From Actinophytocola sp. (GTDB taxonomy: Bacteria > Actinomycetota > Actinomycetes > Mycobacteriales > Pseudonocardiaceae): a stretch of 64,000 nt of DNA. Shown piece after piece: positions 29,089-38,766 of this stretch (its first letter is position 1; each line of letters starts with the position of its first letter). Location: contig WHUB01000008.1 in assembly GCA_009377395.1 (NCBI GenBank), positions 20,972-84,971 of the forward strand, written 5' to 3'. A program made the position numbers and the translations under genes. The notes under the pieces were generated by a model. That model did not search any database and was not told where the DNA came from. It was given only the letters and a program-made list of their open reading frames with translations.

Positions 29089-30723
29089 ATGGTGAGCGAG
29101 CAGACGGGTTCGCCACCCACCATGGCCGACCGGCTGCGGATGGCCCGCAAGTCGGAGGACCGGGTGATCCGGGAATCCCCGTTCGGCTCGTGGCTGCTCG
29201 GCTCCGGCGACCAGGACGGCGGCATGTTGCGCATCAGGGTGCGCTGGCTGCTCGGCGCCCTGCTCGCCATCGCCAACATCGTCGGCGCGGGCGTCGCGAT
29301 CGTGCTGATCACGGTCGTGATGCCCGGCCCGCCGGTGTTCACCGACGAGCTGGCGGTGGTCAACTTCGTCGCTGTGCCTGCCTACATCGTCATCTCCTGG
29401 GCCTGCATCAACATGTGGGCGGTGATCCGGGGGCTGCGGGTGCTGAAGTGGGCAACCGAGGGCGGGCCGCTCGACGAGCACCAGCGCCGGGCGACGCTGC
29501 GGCTGCCCGCCGAGTTCACCGTCATGCAGGCGCTGGCATGGCTGGGCGGCCTGATCGTGTTCTCGTTGCTGTACGGGCTGGTCGACCACGATCTGATTCT
29601 CAAGATCGCGTTCAGCATCGTGCTCAGTGGCACCGTCACCTGCGCCAACGCCTACCTGCTCAGCGAGTTCGCGCTGCGGCCGATCGCGGCACGGGCGCTG
29701 TCGACAGGGCCGAGGCTGCGGCGGCTGAGTGTCGGCGTGACGCTGCGGACGCTCATTTTCTGGGCGATGGGCACCGGTGTGCCGGTGCTCGGCCTGATGT
29801 CGGTGGCGCTGGTCGCGCTGCTGCGAGTGGAGGACGTCTCGCGGTTCGACTTCGCCGTCACGGTGCTCGTGCTCGGCGCGGTGACGCTGGCCGGTGGCTT
29901 CGGCGTCACGGTGCTCACCATCCGCGCCACGACCGCGCCGATCAGGACGGTGCGTGCCGCGCTGGCGAAGGTGGAGCGCGGCGACTTCGACGCCGAGGTC
30001 GTCGTGTTCGACGGCACCGAGCTGGGCAGGCTGCAGACCGGCTTCAACGACATGGTCGCCGGGCTGCGGGAACGCGAGCGAGTCAAGGACATCTTCGGCA
30101 AGCTGGTCGGCGAGGACGTCGCGGAGGTCGCGATGTCACGGCAGGTCGAGCTCGGCGGGGAGCTGCGCGAGATCGCGGTGCTGTTCGTCGACGTCGTCGG
30201 GTCGACCGCCATCGCGGCCAACCGTCCGCCGACCGAGGTCGTCGACCTGCTGAACCGGTTCTTCGCGGTGGTCGTCGAGGAGGTGCACGCGCACGACGGC
30301 TTCGTCAACAAGTTCCAGGGCGATGCCGCGCTGGCGATCTTCGGGGCGCCGACCGGGCTGCCGGACGCCGACTGCATGGCGCTGCGGGCCGCCCGCCGCA
30401 TGATCGCCAGGCTGGACGAGGAAGTGCCCGAGTTCGCGGCAGGCATCGGCGTGTCGGCCGGGCAGGCGGTGGCCGGCAACGTCGGCGCCGAGACCCGGTT
30501 CGAGTACACCGTGATCGGCGACCCGGTCAACGAGGCGGCGCGGCTGACCGAGCTGGCCAAGTCGGTGCGCGGCGGCGTGGCTGCCTCGATGCGGGTGCTG
30601 GAAGGGGCCTGCGACGACAAGGAGCGCGAGCACTGGCGGGAGTACAAGCGGGTCGCGTTGCGCGGCAGGGCCGAGCACACCCGGGTCGCGATCCTGGCCG
30701 ACGGCCGACGCAGGCGGCGTTAG
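29089..30723 (+). CDS. membrane-bound class III adenylate/guanylate cyclase with HAMP domain
   Basis: Multi-pass hydrophobic N-terminus, HAMP (TAPIRTVRAALAKVERGDFD), and cyclase core IAVLFVDVVGSTAIA...KFQGDAALAIFGAP...GVSAGQAVAGNVG...YTVIGDPVNEAARL. Confidence 0.9.
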   Translation: MVSEQTGSPPTMADRLRMARKSEDRVIRESPFGSWLLGSGDQDGGMLRIRVRWLLGALLAIANIVGAGVAIVLITVVMPGPPVFTDELAVVNFVAVPAYIVISWACINMWAVIRGLRVLKWATEGGPLDEHQRRATLRLPAEFTVMQALAWLGGLIVFSLLYGLVDHDLILKIAFSIVLSGTVTCANAYLLSEFALRPIAARALSTGPRLRRLSVGVTLRTLIFWAMGTGVPVLGLMSVALVALLRVEDVSRFDFAVTVLVLGAVTLAGGFGVTVLTIRATTAPIRTVRAALAKVERGDFDAEVVVFDGTELGRLQTGFNDMVAGLRERERVKDIFGKLVGEDVAEVAMSRQVELGGELREIAVLFVDVVGSTAIAANRPPTEVVDLLNRFFAVVVEEVHAHDGFVNKFQGDAALAIFGAPTGLPDADCMALRAARRMIARLDEEVPEFAAGIGVSAGQAVAGNVGAETRFEYTVIGDPVNEAARLTELAKSVRGGVAASMRVLEGACDDKEREHWREYKRVALRGRAEHTRVAILADGRRRRR

Positions 30724-32846
30724 CCTGCCAGCCACTCCCGGTCGCTGGCCAGCACCACGAGCCGCTGGGTCGCGCGGGTCAGCGCGACGTAGAGCAGCCG
30801 GTTGCCGGTCGTCGACTCCGCGACCAGCTCCTGCGGCTCGACCAGCACCACGGCGTCGTACTCGAGCCCCTTGGAGTCGAGGCTGCCGACCACTTTGAGC
30901 CGTTCGTCGGCCAGGGTGGACACCCACTTCTCGACGTGCGGCACCCGCTCCATCGCGCTGATGACACCCACCGTGCCCTCGACGGCGCGCAACATCTCCT
31001 CGGCCGCGCCGCGCACCGCCGTGTTCAGCTCGCCGGTGCCCACGTCACGCACCTCCGGCTCCGTCCCCGTCGTACGCACGGCATGCGGCAGCTCGTCCTC
31101 GGCTGCGGTGCCTGCGACCACCCGGGCCGCCAGGCCGAAGATCTCGGCCGAGTTCCGGTAGTTCGTGCGCAGGGTGAACCGCCTGCGGCTGCTGCGCGGG
31201 CCGAACGCCTCGGCCGCCGCCTCCTCGGCCTCGGCGGTGTCCGGCCACGAGCTCTGCACCGGGTCGCCGACGACGGTCCAGCTCGCATGCTTGCCGCGCC
31301 TGCCGACCATCCGCCACTGCATCGGCGAGAGATCCTGCGACTCGTCGACGACGATGTGCGAGTACTCGTCGTAGTGCTCGGGCCGGTGGTGCCTGCCGCG
31401 TTCGGCCCGCTCCGGCTCGGCCGATTCGGGATCGCGCCGCTTGCGCCGGGGCTTGCCGACCAGCACCCGCAGCTCGTCGAGCAGGGCGATGTCGGCGACG
31501 GAGAACCCGCGCGAGCGGTCGGCGAACGAGGCGGCGAGCAGCTCGACCTCATGCGGACTCAGCGTCCTGCGGGCCGCCCTCGCCAGCCGCTGCTCGTCGC
31601 CGAGCCAGCCGAGCAGCTCCTCAGGGGACAGCACCGGCCACCACGTCACGACGAACCGGTGGAAGTCGAGCCGCTCGCCGAGGTCGGAGATCAGCTCGGC
31701 GCGCGCGGTGGGCGACCACGCCCTGCCGTCGTCGGTCGCGGCGTGCTCCGCGACGTCGGCGAGCGCTTCGAGCAGCGCCTCGGCGGCGCGGACCCGGATG
31801 CGGTTCGGCTGGCCGCCGCCCGCCAGCACCCGCTTGCGCAGCCGTTCCAGCGCGTCACGCTCCAGCGTGAGCACCTCGCCCTGGTAGACCATGCGCAGCC
31901 GGTCCGGCACGCCGGGCGGGGTGTCGCGGACCGCCCGCTGCAGCACTTTGCGCATCCGCAGCGAGCCCTTGACCGCCGCGATCGGGGCGGGGTCGGCGTG
32001 CTCGGCCGTGACGCCGTCGAGCACCTCGCCGAGCGCTCGCAGCTCGACGTCGGTCTCGCCCATCGCGGGCAGCACCCGCGAGATGTAGCTGGTGAACACC
32101 CCGGACGGCCCGACGACGAGCACCCCGGCGCCGCCGAGCTGACGCCGATGGCGGTACAGCAGGTACGCGGCCCGGTGCAGCGCGACCGCCGTCTTGCCGG
32201 TGCCGGGCCCACCGGTGATCTCGGTGACGCCCCGCCACGGCGCCCTGATGACGTCGTCCTGCTCCTTCTGGATGGTGGCGACGATGTCGCGCATGGTGTC
32301 GCCCTTGGCGCGGCCGAGCGCGGCCATCAGCGCGCCCTCGCCGACGATCACCATGTCGTCCGGCACCCCGCCCGCCATCAGCACGTCGTCGTCGACGTCA
32401 AGCACAACGGAGCCGGAGCAGCGGATCACCCGCCTGCGGATGACATCCAGCGGCTCCTGTGCCGTCGCCTGGTAGAACGGCGCCGCCGCCGGGGCGCGCC
32501 AGTCGGTGACCACGTTGTTGAAGTCGTCGTCGCGGATGCCGAGCCTGCCGACGTAGATCGGCTCGTCGGGCTCGCCCGCGTAGTCGAGTCTGCCGAAGAC
32601 GAGGCCTTCGTACTCGGCGTCGAGCGTGTGCAGCGTCTTGTTCGCGTGGAAGACCATCATGTCCCGTTCGAACAGCATCGCCGCCTGCTCGAACACGGCT
32701 TCGGTCTGCGCGCCGTGACCGAGCTCGTAACCCTTGGAGCGCATGTCCTCGGCATGGCTGCGCAACTCGGCCAGGCGCGCGTACACCCGATCGACATGGG
32801 CTTGTTCGAGTGCGATCTCGGCTCGCCTGACCCGAGGTTCCGACAC
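30720..32846 (-). CDS. helD: HelD-like UvrD/Rep-family protein (actinobacterial RNA-polymerase-associated helicase-like, HelD/HelR class)
   Basis: N-terminal ..YVGRLGIRDDDFNNVVTDWRAPAAAPFYQAT..VIRRRVI. Walker A ITGGPGTGKTAVALHRAAYLLY, HIVVDESQDLSPMQWRMV, C-terminal LYVALTRATQRLVVL. GTG start with AGGAG upstream. Confidence 0.8.
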   Translation of the reverse strand: MSEPRVRRAEIALEQAHVDRVYARLAELRSHAEDMRSKGYELGHGAQTEAVFEQAAMLFERDMMVFHANKTLHTLDAEYEGLVFGRLDYAGEPDEPIYVGRLGIRDDDFNNVVTDWRAPAAAPFYQATAQEPLDVIRRRVIRCSGSVVLDVDDDVLMAGGVPDDMVIVGEGALMAALGRAKGDTMRDIVATIQKEQDDVIRAPWRGVTEITGGPGTGKTAVALHRAAYLLYRHRRQLGGAGVLVVGPSGVFTSYISRVLPAMGETDVELRALGEVLDGVTAEHADPAPIAAVKGSLRMRKVLQRAVRDTPPGVPDRLRMVYQGEVLTLERDALERLRKRVLAGGGQPNRIRVRAAEALLEALADVAEHAATDDGRAWSPTARAELISDLGERLDFHRFVVTWWPVLSPEELLGWLGDEQRLARAARRTLSPHEVELLAASFADRSRGFSVADIALLDELRVLVGKPRRKRRDPESAEPERAERGRHHRPEHYDEYSHIVVDESQDLSPMQWRMVGRRGKHASWTVVGDPVQSSWPDTAEAEEAAAEAFGPRSSRRRFTLRTNYRNSAEIFGLAARVVAGTAAEDELPHAVRTTGTEPEVRDVGTGELNTAVRGAAEEMLRAVEGTVGVISAMERVPHVEKWVSTLADERLKVVGSLDSKGLEYDAVVLVEPQELVAESTTGNRLLYVALTRATQRLVVLASDREWLAG

Positions 32847-32950
32847 GCAGCGCTCCTAGAGGCTGAGAAGAGGGGACAGTCGAGAATACGCCTTCGCGGG
32901 CGACCCGGCCCCGCGTACCCCCGTCACGGCGAGTGCGCGAGGATCGGGGC

Positions 32951-33511
32951 GTGACCAGGATCGTGGCGGGTTCGGCAGGTGGCAGGCGGCTGCGGGTGCC
33001 GCCGCGCGGCACCCGGCCGACGGCGGAACGGGTCAGGGAGGCGCTGTTCAACGCGCTCGACGCCGCGGGAGACGTCGAGGGCGCCAGGGTGCTCGACCTG
33101 TACTCGGGCTCCGGCGCGCTCGGCCTCGAAGCGCTCTCGCGCGGCGCGGCCGACGCCTACTTCGTGGAGTCCGACCGGCGCGCCGTCGAGGTGCTGCGCG
33201 GCAACGTCGACGCGCTCGGCATCGGCGGCACGGTGCGGCACGGCGTCGTCACGACTGTGCTGGCGGAACCTGCGCCGGCCGCCTTCCAGCTCGTCATCGC
33301 CGACCCGCCGTACGCGGTCACTGGGGAGGAGCTGCACACCGCGCTGACCGCCATGGCGGACAACGGCTGGCTCGCGCCCGAGGCGCTCGTCGTCATCGAG
33401 CGGGAATGCAACTCGGGCGAGATCGACTGGCCCGCCGGGTTCCGGCCACTGCGCAGCCGCCGCTACGGCCAGTCCGTGCTACACCGGGCGGAATACCGGC
33501 CTGTTGCCTGA
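32951..33511 (+). CDS. rsmD: 16S rRNA (guanine966-N2)-methyltransferase
   Basis: VTRIVAGSAGGRRLRVPPRGTRPTAERVREALFNAL....VLDLYSGSGALGLEALSRGA...IADPPY. GTG 32951 chosen inside track ORF 32933. Confidence 0.9.
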   Translation: MTRIVAGSAGGRRLRVPPRGTRPTAERVREALFNALDAAGDVEGARVLDLYSGSGALGLEALSRGAADAYFVESDRRAVEVLRGNVDALGIGGTVRHGVVTTVLAEPAPAAFQLVIADPPYAVTGEELHTALTAMADNGWLAPEALVVIERECNSGEIDWPAGFRPLRSRRYGQSVLHRAEYRPVA

Positions 33512-33524
33512 TTGCAACAGGCTG
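33497..33524 (+). terminator. hairpin spanning the rsmD stop codon (11-bp stem incl. one G-U, 6-nt loop), followed by TTGT
   Basis: cggcctgttgc-ctgatt-gcaacaggctg; the TGA stop (33509..33511) sits in the loop. May also act as an operator for the downstream orphan gene. Confidence 0.5.
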
Positions 33525-33539
33525 TTGTAGCATTCCAAC

Positions 33540-34100
33540 ATGGTGAGCAAGGGGCGCCATCCCAAGGCCCCAATTGCCATGTCCACGTGGAACTTTCAGC
33601 TCCGGCTGAACCGCGAACCAACCGAGGAGGAGTTCGACGCCCTCTATGAGGCCGGATTGTCCGATGCCGGGTTCGAAGGATCCTTGGTCGACGCGGACCG
33701 CGATGCCCCCAGCCTGCTGGAGGCGGTGAGCAGTGTCGCCGAGCAGATCCGCACAGTGCCTGGCCTGCGAGCCGTCGGTGTCGACACGCAGGACGCGGTG
33801 ACCCTCGGAGACGCGGCGCAGCGGCTCGGGCGCCGTACCGCCGAGAGCCTGCGGCTGCTGGCCGACGGCAAGCGCGGGCCGGGCGGGTTCCCCCGCCCGC
33901 TCGTGGACACCGGAAAGGTGCGGGTCTACTCCTGGGCGGAGATCACCGCGTGGCTGCGCGAGGCGCTCGGGGAGGACGTTCCGGACGCAAGCCTCGACCT
34001 GATGCTCGCCGATCACGCGCTGCGGCTGGCGGACGAGGCCGAGCGCGCCGGTAGGTCGCAGGCAAAGGCGGTGCGTCAGTTGGTAGGCCGCGAGTGCTAA
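33540..34100 (+). CDS. hypothetical protein with C-terminal excisionase/MerR-like HTH
   Basis: ..MSTWNFQLRLNREPTEEEFDALYEAGLSDAGFEGS..DRDAPSLLEAVSSVAEQIRTVPGLRAVGV, then VTLGDAAQRLGRRTAESLRLLADGKRGPGGFPRPL...VYSWAEITAWL. No SD. TAGCAT (33528..33533) ends 6 nt before ATG 33540, so it may be leaderless; alternative ATG at 33579. Confidence 0.6.
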   Translation: MVSKGRHPKAPIAMSTWNFQLRLNREPTEEEFDALYEAGLSDAGFEGSLVDADRDAPSLLEAVSSVAEQIRTVPGLRAVGVDTQDAVTLGDAAQRLGRRTAESLRLLADGKRGPGGFPRPLVDTGKVRVYSWAEITAWLREALGEDVPDASLDLMLADHALRLADEAERAGRSQAKAVRQLVGREC

Positions 34101-34110
34101 CGTCCGCTGC

Positions 34111-34602
34111 ATGCGGCGAGCGGTGTGCCCCGGATCGTACGACCCCGTCACCAACGGCCACCTCGACATCATCGAGCGGTCGGCGGGACTGTTCGACGAG
34201 GTCGTCGTCGCGGTGCTGGTCAACAAGAGCAAGAAGGGCCTGTTCGCCATCGATGAGCGTATGGACATGCTCGCCACCGTCACCGCGCACCTGCCGAACG
34301 TGCGCATCGACTCCTGGCACGGCCTGCTCGTCGACTACTGCACCGAGAACGACGTCGCCGCGATCACCAAGGGCCTGCGCGCGGTCAGCGACTTCGACTA
34401 CGAGCTGCAGATGGCGCAGATGAACCGCCGCCTCTCGGGCGTCGACACGCTGTTCATGTCGACCAACCCGGAGTACAGCTTCCTGTCCAGCTCGCTGATC
34501 AAGGAGGTCGCCACCAACGGCGGCGACGTCAGCGGGCTGGTGCCCGACCACGTGCGCAAGCAGCTGGTGCGCCGGATCGCCGAGCGGCAACACGCCCAAT
34601 AA
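34111..34602 (+). CDS. coaD: phosphopantetheine adenylyltransferase
   Basis: MRRAVCPGSYDPVTNGHLDIIERSAGLFDEVVVAVLVNKSKKGLF....R..... Confidence 0.95.
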   Translation: MRRAVCPGSYDPVTNGHLDIIERSAGLFDEVVVAVLVNKSKKGLFAIDERMDMLATVTAHLPNVRIDSWHGLLVDYCTENDVAAITKGLRAVSDFDYELQMAQMNRRLSGVDTLFMSTNPEYSFLSSSLIKEVATNGGDVSGLVPDHVRKQLVRRIAERQHAQ

Positions 34603-34681
34603 CCACGCGCCTGCACGGGTTTCGGTGGATGCCGGGGCAGACTTGGGACAAGCAACCCCGCACATCGCCAAGGAGACTGCC

Positions 34682-35389
34682 GTGTATCGCGTGTTCGAGG
34701 CTCTCGACGAACTCGTCACGATTGTGGAAGAGGCACGCGGCGTGCCGATGACCTCGAGCTGTGTCGTGCCGCGCGGTGATGTCCTCGAACTGCTCGACGA
34801 CGTGCGGGACGCCCTGCCCGGCGAGGTGGACGACGCCCAGGACGTGCTCGACAAGCGCGACGAGGTCCTCAACACCGCGCGGCAGCAGGCCGACGAGACC
34901 GTCAACTCGGCCAACTCCGAGGCGGAGCAGACCCTCGCCGACGCACGGGCGGAGGCCGAGCGGCTGGTCAGCGACGCGCGGGCGCAGGCGGACCAGATTC
35001 TCGCCGACGCCGACGCGGAGGCCGACCGCGCCGTCGCCGCGGGCCGCGCCGAGTACGACCAGCTCACCGAGCGGGCGCGCGGCGAGTCGGAGCGCATGGT
35101 CGAGGCCGGCCGCGACGCCTACGACCGCTCGGTGCAGGAGGGCCTCGCCGAGCAGGCGAGGCTGGTCGCGGACACCGAGGTGGTGCGCGCGTCGCACACC
35201 GAGGCCGCGCGCATCGTCGACGACGCCAACGCCGAGGCCGACCGGCAGCGCAACGACTGCGACGTCTACGTCGACGACAACCTCGCCGAGTTCGCCGATC
35301 TGCTCTCGCAGACGCTGCGCACCGTCGACCAGGGCCGCACCAAGCTGCGGGGCAGCTCCATCGGCAGCTACTCCCGCAACGGCTACTGA
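34682..35389 (+). CDS. Ala/Asp/Glu-rich coiled-coil protein (often annotated ATP synthase B-like/DivIVA-like); function unknown
   Basis: GTG 34682 with AAGGAG 6 nt upstream. VYRVFEALDELVTIVEEARGVPMTSSCVVPRGDVLELLDDVRDALPGEV, then repetitive (A/E/R/D)-rich coiled coil. I recall it as conserved between coaD and yceD in actinomycetes. Confidence 0.7.
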   Translation: MYRVFEALDELVTIVEEARGVPMTSSCVVPRGDVLELLDDVRDALPGEVDDAQDVLDKRDEVLNTARQQADETVNSANSEAEQTLADARAEAERLVSDARAQADQILADADAEADRAVAAGRAEYDQLTERARGESERMVEAGRDAYDRSVQEGLAEQARLVADTEVVRASHTEAARIVDDANAEADRQRNDCDVYVDDNLAEFADLLSQTLRTVDQGRTKLRGSSIGSYSRNGY

Positions 35390-35406
35390 ACCATCACCCC
35401 GGCGGC

Positions 35407-36039
35407 TTGACCGGTAGGCTTGAGGCAATGTCAGACAACCACCGCGCCGAGCGCCCGGCTGCCCTCGACCCGCGCGATCCGTGGGTCATCGACACCCAGG
35501 ACCTCGGCAGGCGCGCCGGCACCAGCCGGACCGTCCAGCGCGCGCTTCCCGTCCCCGAGACGCTCGGCGTCTCCGGCGTGATCGAGATCCCGGCCGGATC
35601 GGAGTTCACGCTCGATGCGCGGCTCGAAGCCGTCGTCGAGGGCGTGCTCGTCTCCGGCGAGGCCTCCGCCCCGGTGACGGGCGCGTGCTCACGCTGCCTC
35701 GACCCGATCTCCGACGAGGTCACGGTCGAGTTCACCGAGCTGTTCGCCTACCCGGACTCCACCACCGAGGAGACGACGGAGGAGGACGAGGTCAGCCACC
35801 TCGTCGACGATCTGATCGACCTCGCGCCGGTGGCGCGCGACGCGGCCGTGCTGGCCCTGCCGCAGGCCCCGCTGTGCACGCCCGACTGCCAGGGACTGTG
35901 CGCCGAATGCGGCATCAAGTGGGCCGATCTCGAACCCGGACACGGCCATGAGAAGATAGACCCTCGGTGGGCGGCTCTCGTCGAACGGTTCGGGGAACCC
36001 GGCTCCGACAGGCAGCTCCCAGAAAGCGGCACGCGGTGA
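35407..36039 (+). CDS. YceD/DUF177-family protein
   Basis: ..VSGEASAPVTGACSRCLDPISDEVTVEFTELF...LALPQAPLCTPDCQGLCAECG. Directly upstream of rpmF, as is typical. Start uncertain (TTG 35407 or ATG 35428). Confidence 0.85.
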   Translation: MTGRLEAMSDNHRAERPAALDPRDPWVIDTQDLGRRAGTSRTVQRALPVPETLGVSGVIEIPAGSEFTLDARLEAVVEGVLVSGEASAPVTGACSRCLDPISDEVTVEFTELFAYPDSTTEETTEEDEVSHLVDDLIDLAPVARDAAVLALPQAPLCTPDCQGLCAECGIKWADLEPGHGHEKIDPRWAALVERFGEPGSDRQLPESGTR

Positions 36040-36103
36040 CCTCGGTTCGGTGACCAGCGCGCCCCACCAGACATGACCAAACCAACCTGGAGGAGAGGTA
36101 GCC

Positions 36104-36286
36104 GTGGCTGTCCCGAAGCGGAAGATGTCGCGCTCCAACACGCGGTCCCGCCGCTCACAGTGGAAGGCGAGCGCGGTGCACCTCGTGCCGTGCAGCAACC
36201 GTGCCTGCAAGGAGCTCAAGCCGCAGCACGTCGCCTGCCCGAACTGCGGTCAGTACTCGGGGCGTCAGGTCGTCGAACCGGCCTGA
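36104..36286 (+). CDS. rpmF: 50S ribosomal protein L32
   Basis: [22 protein letters not shown]...CPNCG. Confidence 0.95.
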   Translation: MAVPKRKMSRSNTRSRRSQWKASAVHLVPCSNRACKELKPQHVACPNCGQYSGRQVVEPA

Positions 36287-36300
36287 TTGGCTGACCCAGG

Positions 36301-37050
36301 ATGGCGTCGAACACGGTGAGTGGTCCCGCGGCCGACACCACCCCGTTGTTGACGGCGTTGGGTGTCGACCTGCCGTCCGAGCTGCTCACTCTCGCGCTCA
36401 CCCACCGTTCTTACGCCTACGAGAACGGTGGGCTGCCGCCGAACGAGCGGCTTGAGTTCCTCGGTGACGCGGTGCTCGGCCTCGTCGTCACCGACCACCT
36501 CTACCTCGCGCACCCCGACCTGCCCGAGGGGCAGCTCGCCAAGCTGCGCGCGAGCGTGGTCAACATGCACGCGCTCGCCGGGGTCTCCCGCAGCCTCGGT
36601 GAGGGCGGGCTCGGCGCGCACCTGCTGCTCGGCAAGGGCGAGGAGCTGACCGGCGGCAGGGACAAAGCGAGCATCCTCGCCGACGGTCTCGAGGCCATGA
36701 TCGGCGCGGTGTACCTGGAGCATGGCATGGACACCGCCCGCGAGCTGGTGCACCGGCTCTTCGGTGACCTGCTCGCCGAGGCGCCGCTGCGAGGCGCCGG
36801 GCTCGACTGGAAGACCAGCCTGCAGGAGCTGACGGCGTCCGCGTCGCTCGGCGTGCCCGAGTACCGGGTGGTCGACACCGGCCCCGACCACCAAAAGGAG
36901 TTCACCGCGACGGTCATCGTCAACGACGACGAGCGTGGCAGCGGCAGCGGCACGACCAAGAAGGAAGCCGAGCAGAACGCCGCCGAGATGGCCTGGCGCG
37001 CGCTCTCGGCCGAGTACGCCGCCAGCCCCAGCGCCGACGGCTCGACCTAG
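36301..37050 (+). CDS. rnc: ribonuclease III
   Basis: [38 protein letters not shown], plus a C-terminal dsRBD (..KTSLQELT...[17 protein letters not shown]..). Confidence 0.95.
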   Translation: MASNTVSGPAADTTPLLTALGVDLPSELLTLALTHRSYAYENGGLPPNERLEFLGDAVLGLVVTDHLYLAHPDLPEGQLAKLRASVVNMHALAGVSRSLGEGGLGAHLLLGKGEELTGGRDKASILADGLEAMIGAVYLEHGMDTARELVHRLFGDLLAEAPLRGAGLDWKTSLQELTASASLGVPEYRVVDTGPDHQKEFTATVIVNDDERGSGSGTTKKEAEQNAAEMAWRALSAEYAASPSADGST

Positions 37051-37058
37051 CACCGGCC

Positions 37059-37919
37059 GTGCCCGAGCTTCCCGAGGTCGAGGTGGTGCGTGCCGGCCTC
37101 GCCAAGCACGTCGCGGGCAGGACCGTGCTCGCCGCCGAGGTGCTGCATCCGCGCGCGATCAGGCGGCATGTGCCCGGCGACGCCGACTTCAACGGCAGGC
37201 TCACCGGTCAGCGCATCGGGGCGGTGTGCCGCCGGGGCAAGTACCTGTGGTTCGAGCTGAGCTCGGGCGACGCCCTGCTCGGCCACCTCGGCATGAGCGG
37301 GCAGTTGCTGGTGCAGCCCGCGACCACCGCGGACGGCCCCCACCTGCGTATCCGGCTGCGCTTCGCCGACGACGGCCTCGAACTGCGCTTCGTCGATCAA
37401 CGCACCTTCGGCGGCTTCACGCTCACCGAGCTGGTCGAGGTCGAGGGCACCGCCGTGCCCGAGCCGATCGCGCACATCGCCCGCGACCCGATGGATCCCC
37501 GGTTCGACCCGGCCCAGGTCGTGACCCGGCTGCGGGCCAAGCGCACCGAGGTGAAGCGCGCGCTGCTCGACCAGACGCTGATCTCCGGTATCGGCAACAT
37601 CTACGCCGACGAGGCGCTGTGGCGCGCCAAGCTGCACGGCACCCGGCCGACCGGCCGCCTCGCGCCCGCCACGGCCACCCGGCTGCTGCACGCGGCCGGC
37701 GAGGTGATGACCGAGGCGCTCGCGGCGGGCGGCACGTCGTTCGACTCGCTGTACGTCAACGTCAACGGCAGCTCCGGCTACTTCAGCCGCTCGCTGAACG
37801 TCTACGGCCGAGCGGAGGAGCCGTGCGGGCGCTGCGGCACGCTCATCCTGCGGGAGCAGTTCACCAACCGGTCCTCGTACTTCTGCCCGCGCTGCCAGCC
37901 CCGGCCTCGCCGCCGCTAG
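37059..37919 (+). CDS. mutM: formamidopyrimidine-DNA glycosylase
   Basis: [14 protein letters not shown]..., H2TH region, and C-terminal zinc finger CGRCGTLI....[10 protein letters not shown]. Confidence 0.95.
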   Translation: MPELPEVEVVRAGLAKHVAGRTVLAAEVLHPRAIRRHVPGDADFNGRLTGQRIGAVCRRGKYLWFELSSGDALLGHLGMSGQLLVQPATTADGPHLRIRLRFADDGLELRFVDQRTFGGFTLTELVEVEGTAVPEPIAHIARDPMDPRFDPAQVVTRLRAKRTEVKRALLDQTLISGIGNIYADEALWRAKLHGTRPTGRLAPATATRLLHAAGEVMTEALAAGGTSFDSLYVNVNGSSGYFSRSLNVYGRAEEPCGRCGTLILREQFTNRSSYFCPRCQPRPRRR

Positions 37920-38617
37920 TTTCCGTTGCCTTGCCCGTTGCCCTGGTTCTCGGGCGACGACGACGGCGGCTCCGAGGACGACGTGCTGCTCTCCTCCTCC
38001 GAGGACGATGTCGTCGAGGATTCCTCCGTGGTGGTCGTCGAGTCGCTGGTGGTCGTCGTCTGCGAGGGCTTCGACGATGACGGCGGCGGGCTGTTTGACG
38101 TCGTGGTCGTCGACGAGTCGGTGGTGGTCGTCGTCGGCCAGGAGGACCGGCCGCTGGACGTCGAGCTGGTCGTGGTGGTGGTCGTGCCGTCGGGGCTGGT
38201 TGTGGTCGTTGTCGTGGTGCCGTCCGGCATGATGACCGTCGTCGTGGTCGAGCCGTCCGGGTTGGTCATGATCACGGTCGTCGGCGTCGGCTGCTCGGCA
38301 TCGGCCGCGTAGTTGGCCGGTGACGCCGCGCCGCTGACGGTGGCGCCGCCCTGCTCGGGACTCGGCTGGCCCGGCACCAGGTACGGGTCACCGCTCGGGC
38401 CGTCCGGCGCCCGCTGGTAGTCCTGGATCGGTCCGGGAGGGCTGGCCAACGGCATGGCGCTGGTCGCGATGTCGGCGATGCCCGCGAAGGTGGTCGCCGT
38501 GATCAAACCGCTTGCCACCAGCGCGAGATAACCCGCCCTGCGGGAGTTGGCGTCGCCCACCGTCGGGGGAGGAGCCACGATGACGCGCGGCTCCTGTGGC
38601 GAGCCGGATGAGGGCAT
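37916..38617 (-). CDS. membrane-anchored Thr/Ser/Pro-rich (mucin-like) protein, unknown function
   Basis: ATG 38617 with AAGGAG 5 nt upstream. One TM ([24 protein letters not shown]), then [33 protein letters not shown]...[34 protein letters not shown]. Shares CTAG with the convergent mutM stop. Confidence 0.6.
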   Translation of the reverse strand: MPSSGSPQEPRVIVAPPPTVGDANSRRAGYLALVASGLITATTFAGIADIATSAMPLASPPGPIQDYQRAPDGPSGDPYLVPGQPSPEQGGATVSGAASPANYAADAEQPTPTTVIMTNPDGSTTTTVIMPDGTTTTTTTSPDGTTTTTTSSTSSGRSSWPTTTTTDSSTTTTSNSPPPSSSKPSQTTTTSDSTTTTEESSTTSSSEEESSTSSSEPPSSSPENQGNGQGNGN

Positions 38618-38766
38618 ACCTGCTCCTTGGTCGGGGAAGCGGTCGGGGGCCGCATCAGAACCGGTATTTCGAGAAGGCGAGCGGAACACTATCACCGTCG
38701 AGTGAGCCGTACACCTATGTGCGTCATCTCCCATGCCTGGGTGACTGCATAGCGTAATCCGGCACC

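Noticed and set aside
32847-32950. Rifamycin-associated element (RAE) upstream of the HelD-like gene.
   Set aside because: I found no long palindrome here, only a 5-bp GCGGG/CCCGC stem. I do not remember the RAE consensus well enough to call a weak match.
37926-38312. Plus-strand ORF (Val/Asp-rich, 128 aa) antisense to the Thr-rich gene.
   Set aside because: It has no RBS and no non-repetitive domain. It is the mirror image of ACC/ACG/TCG codon repeats. The minus-strand frame has an RBS, a TM helix and a plausible N-terminus.
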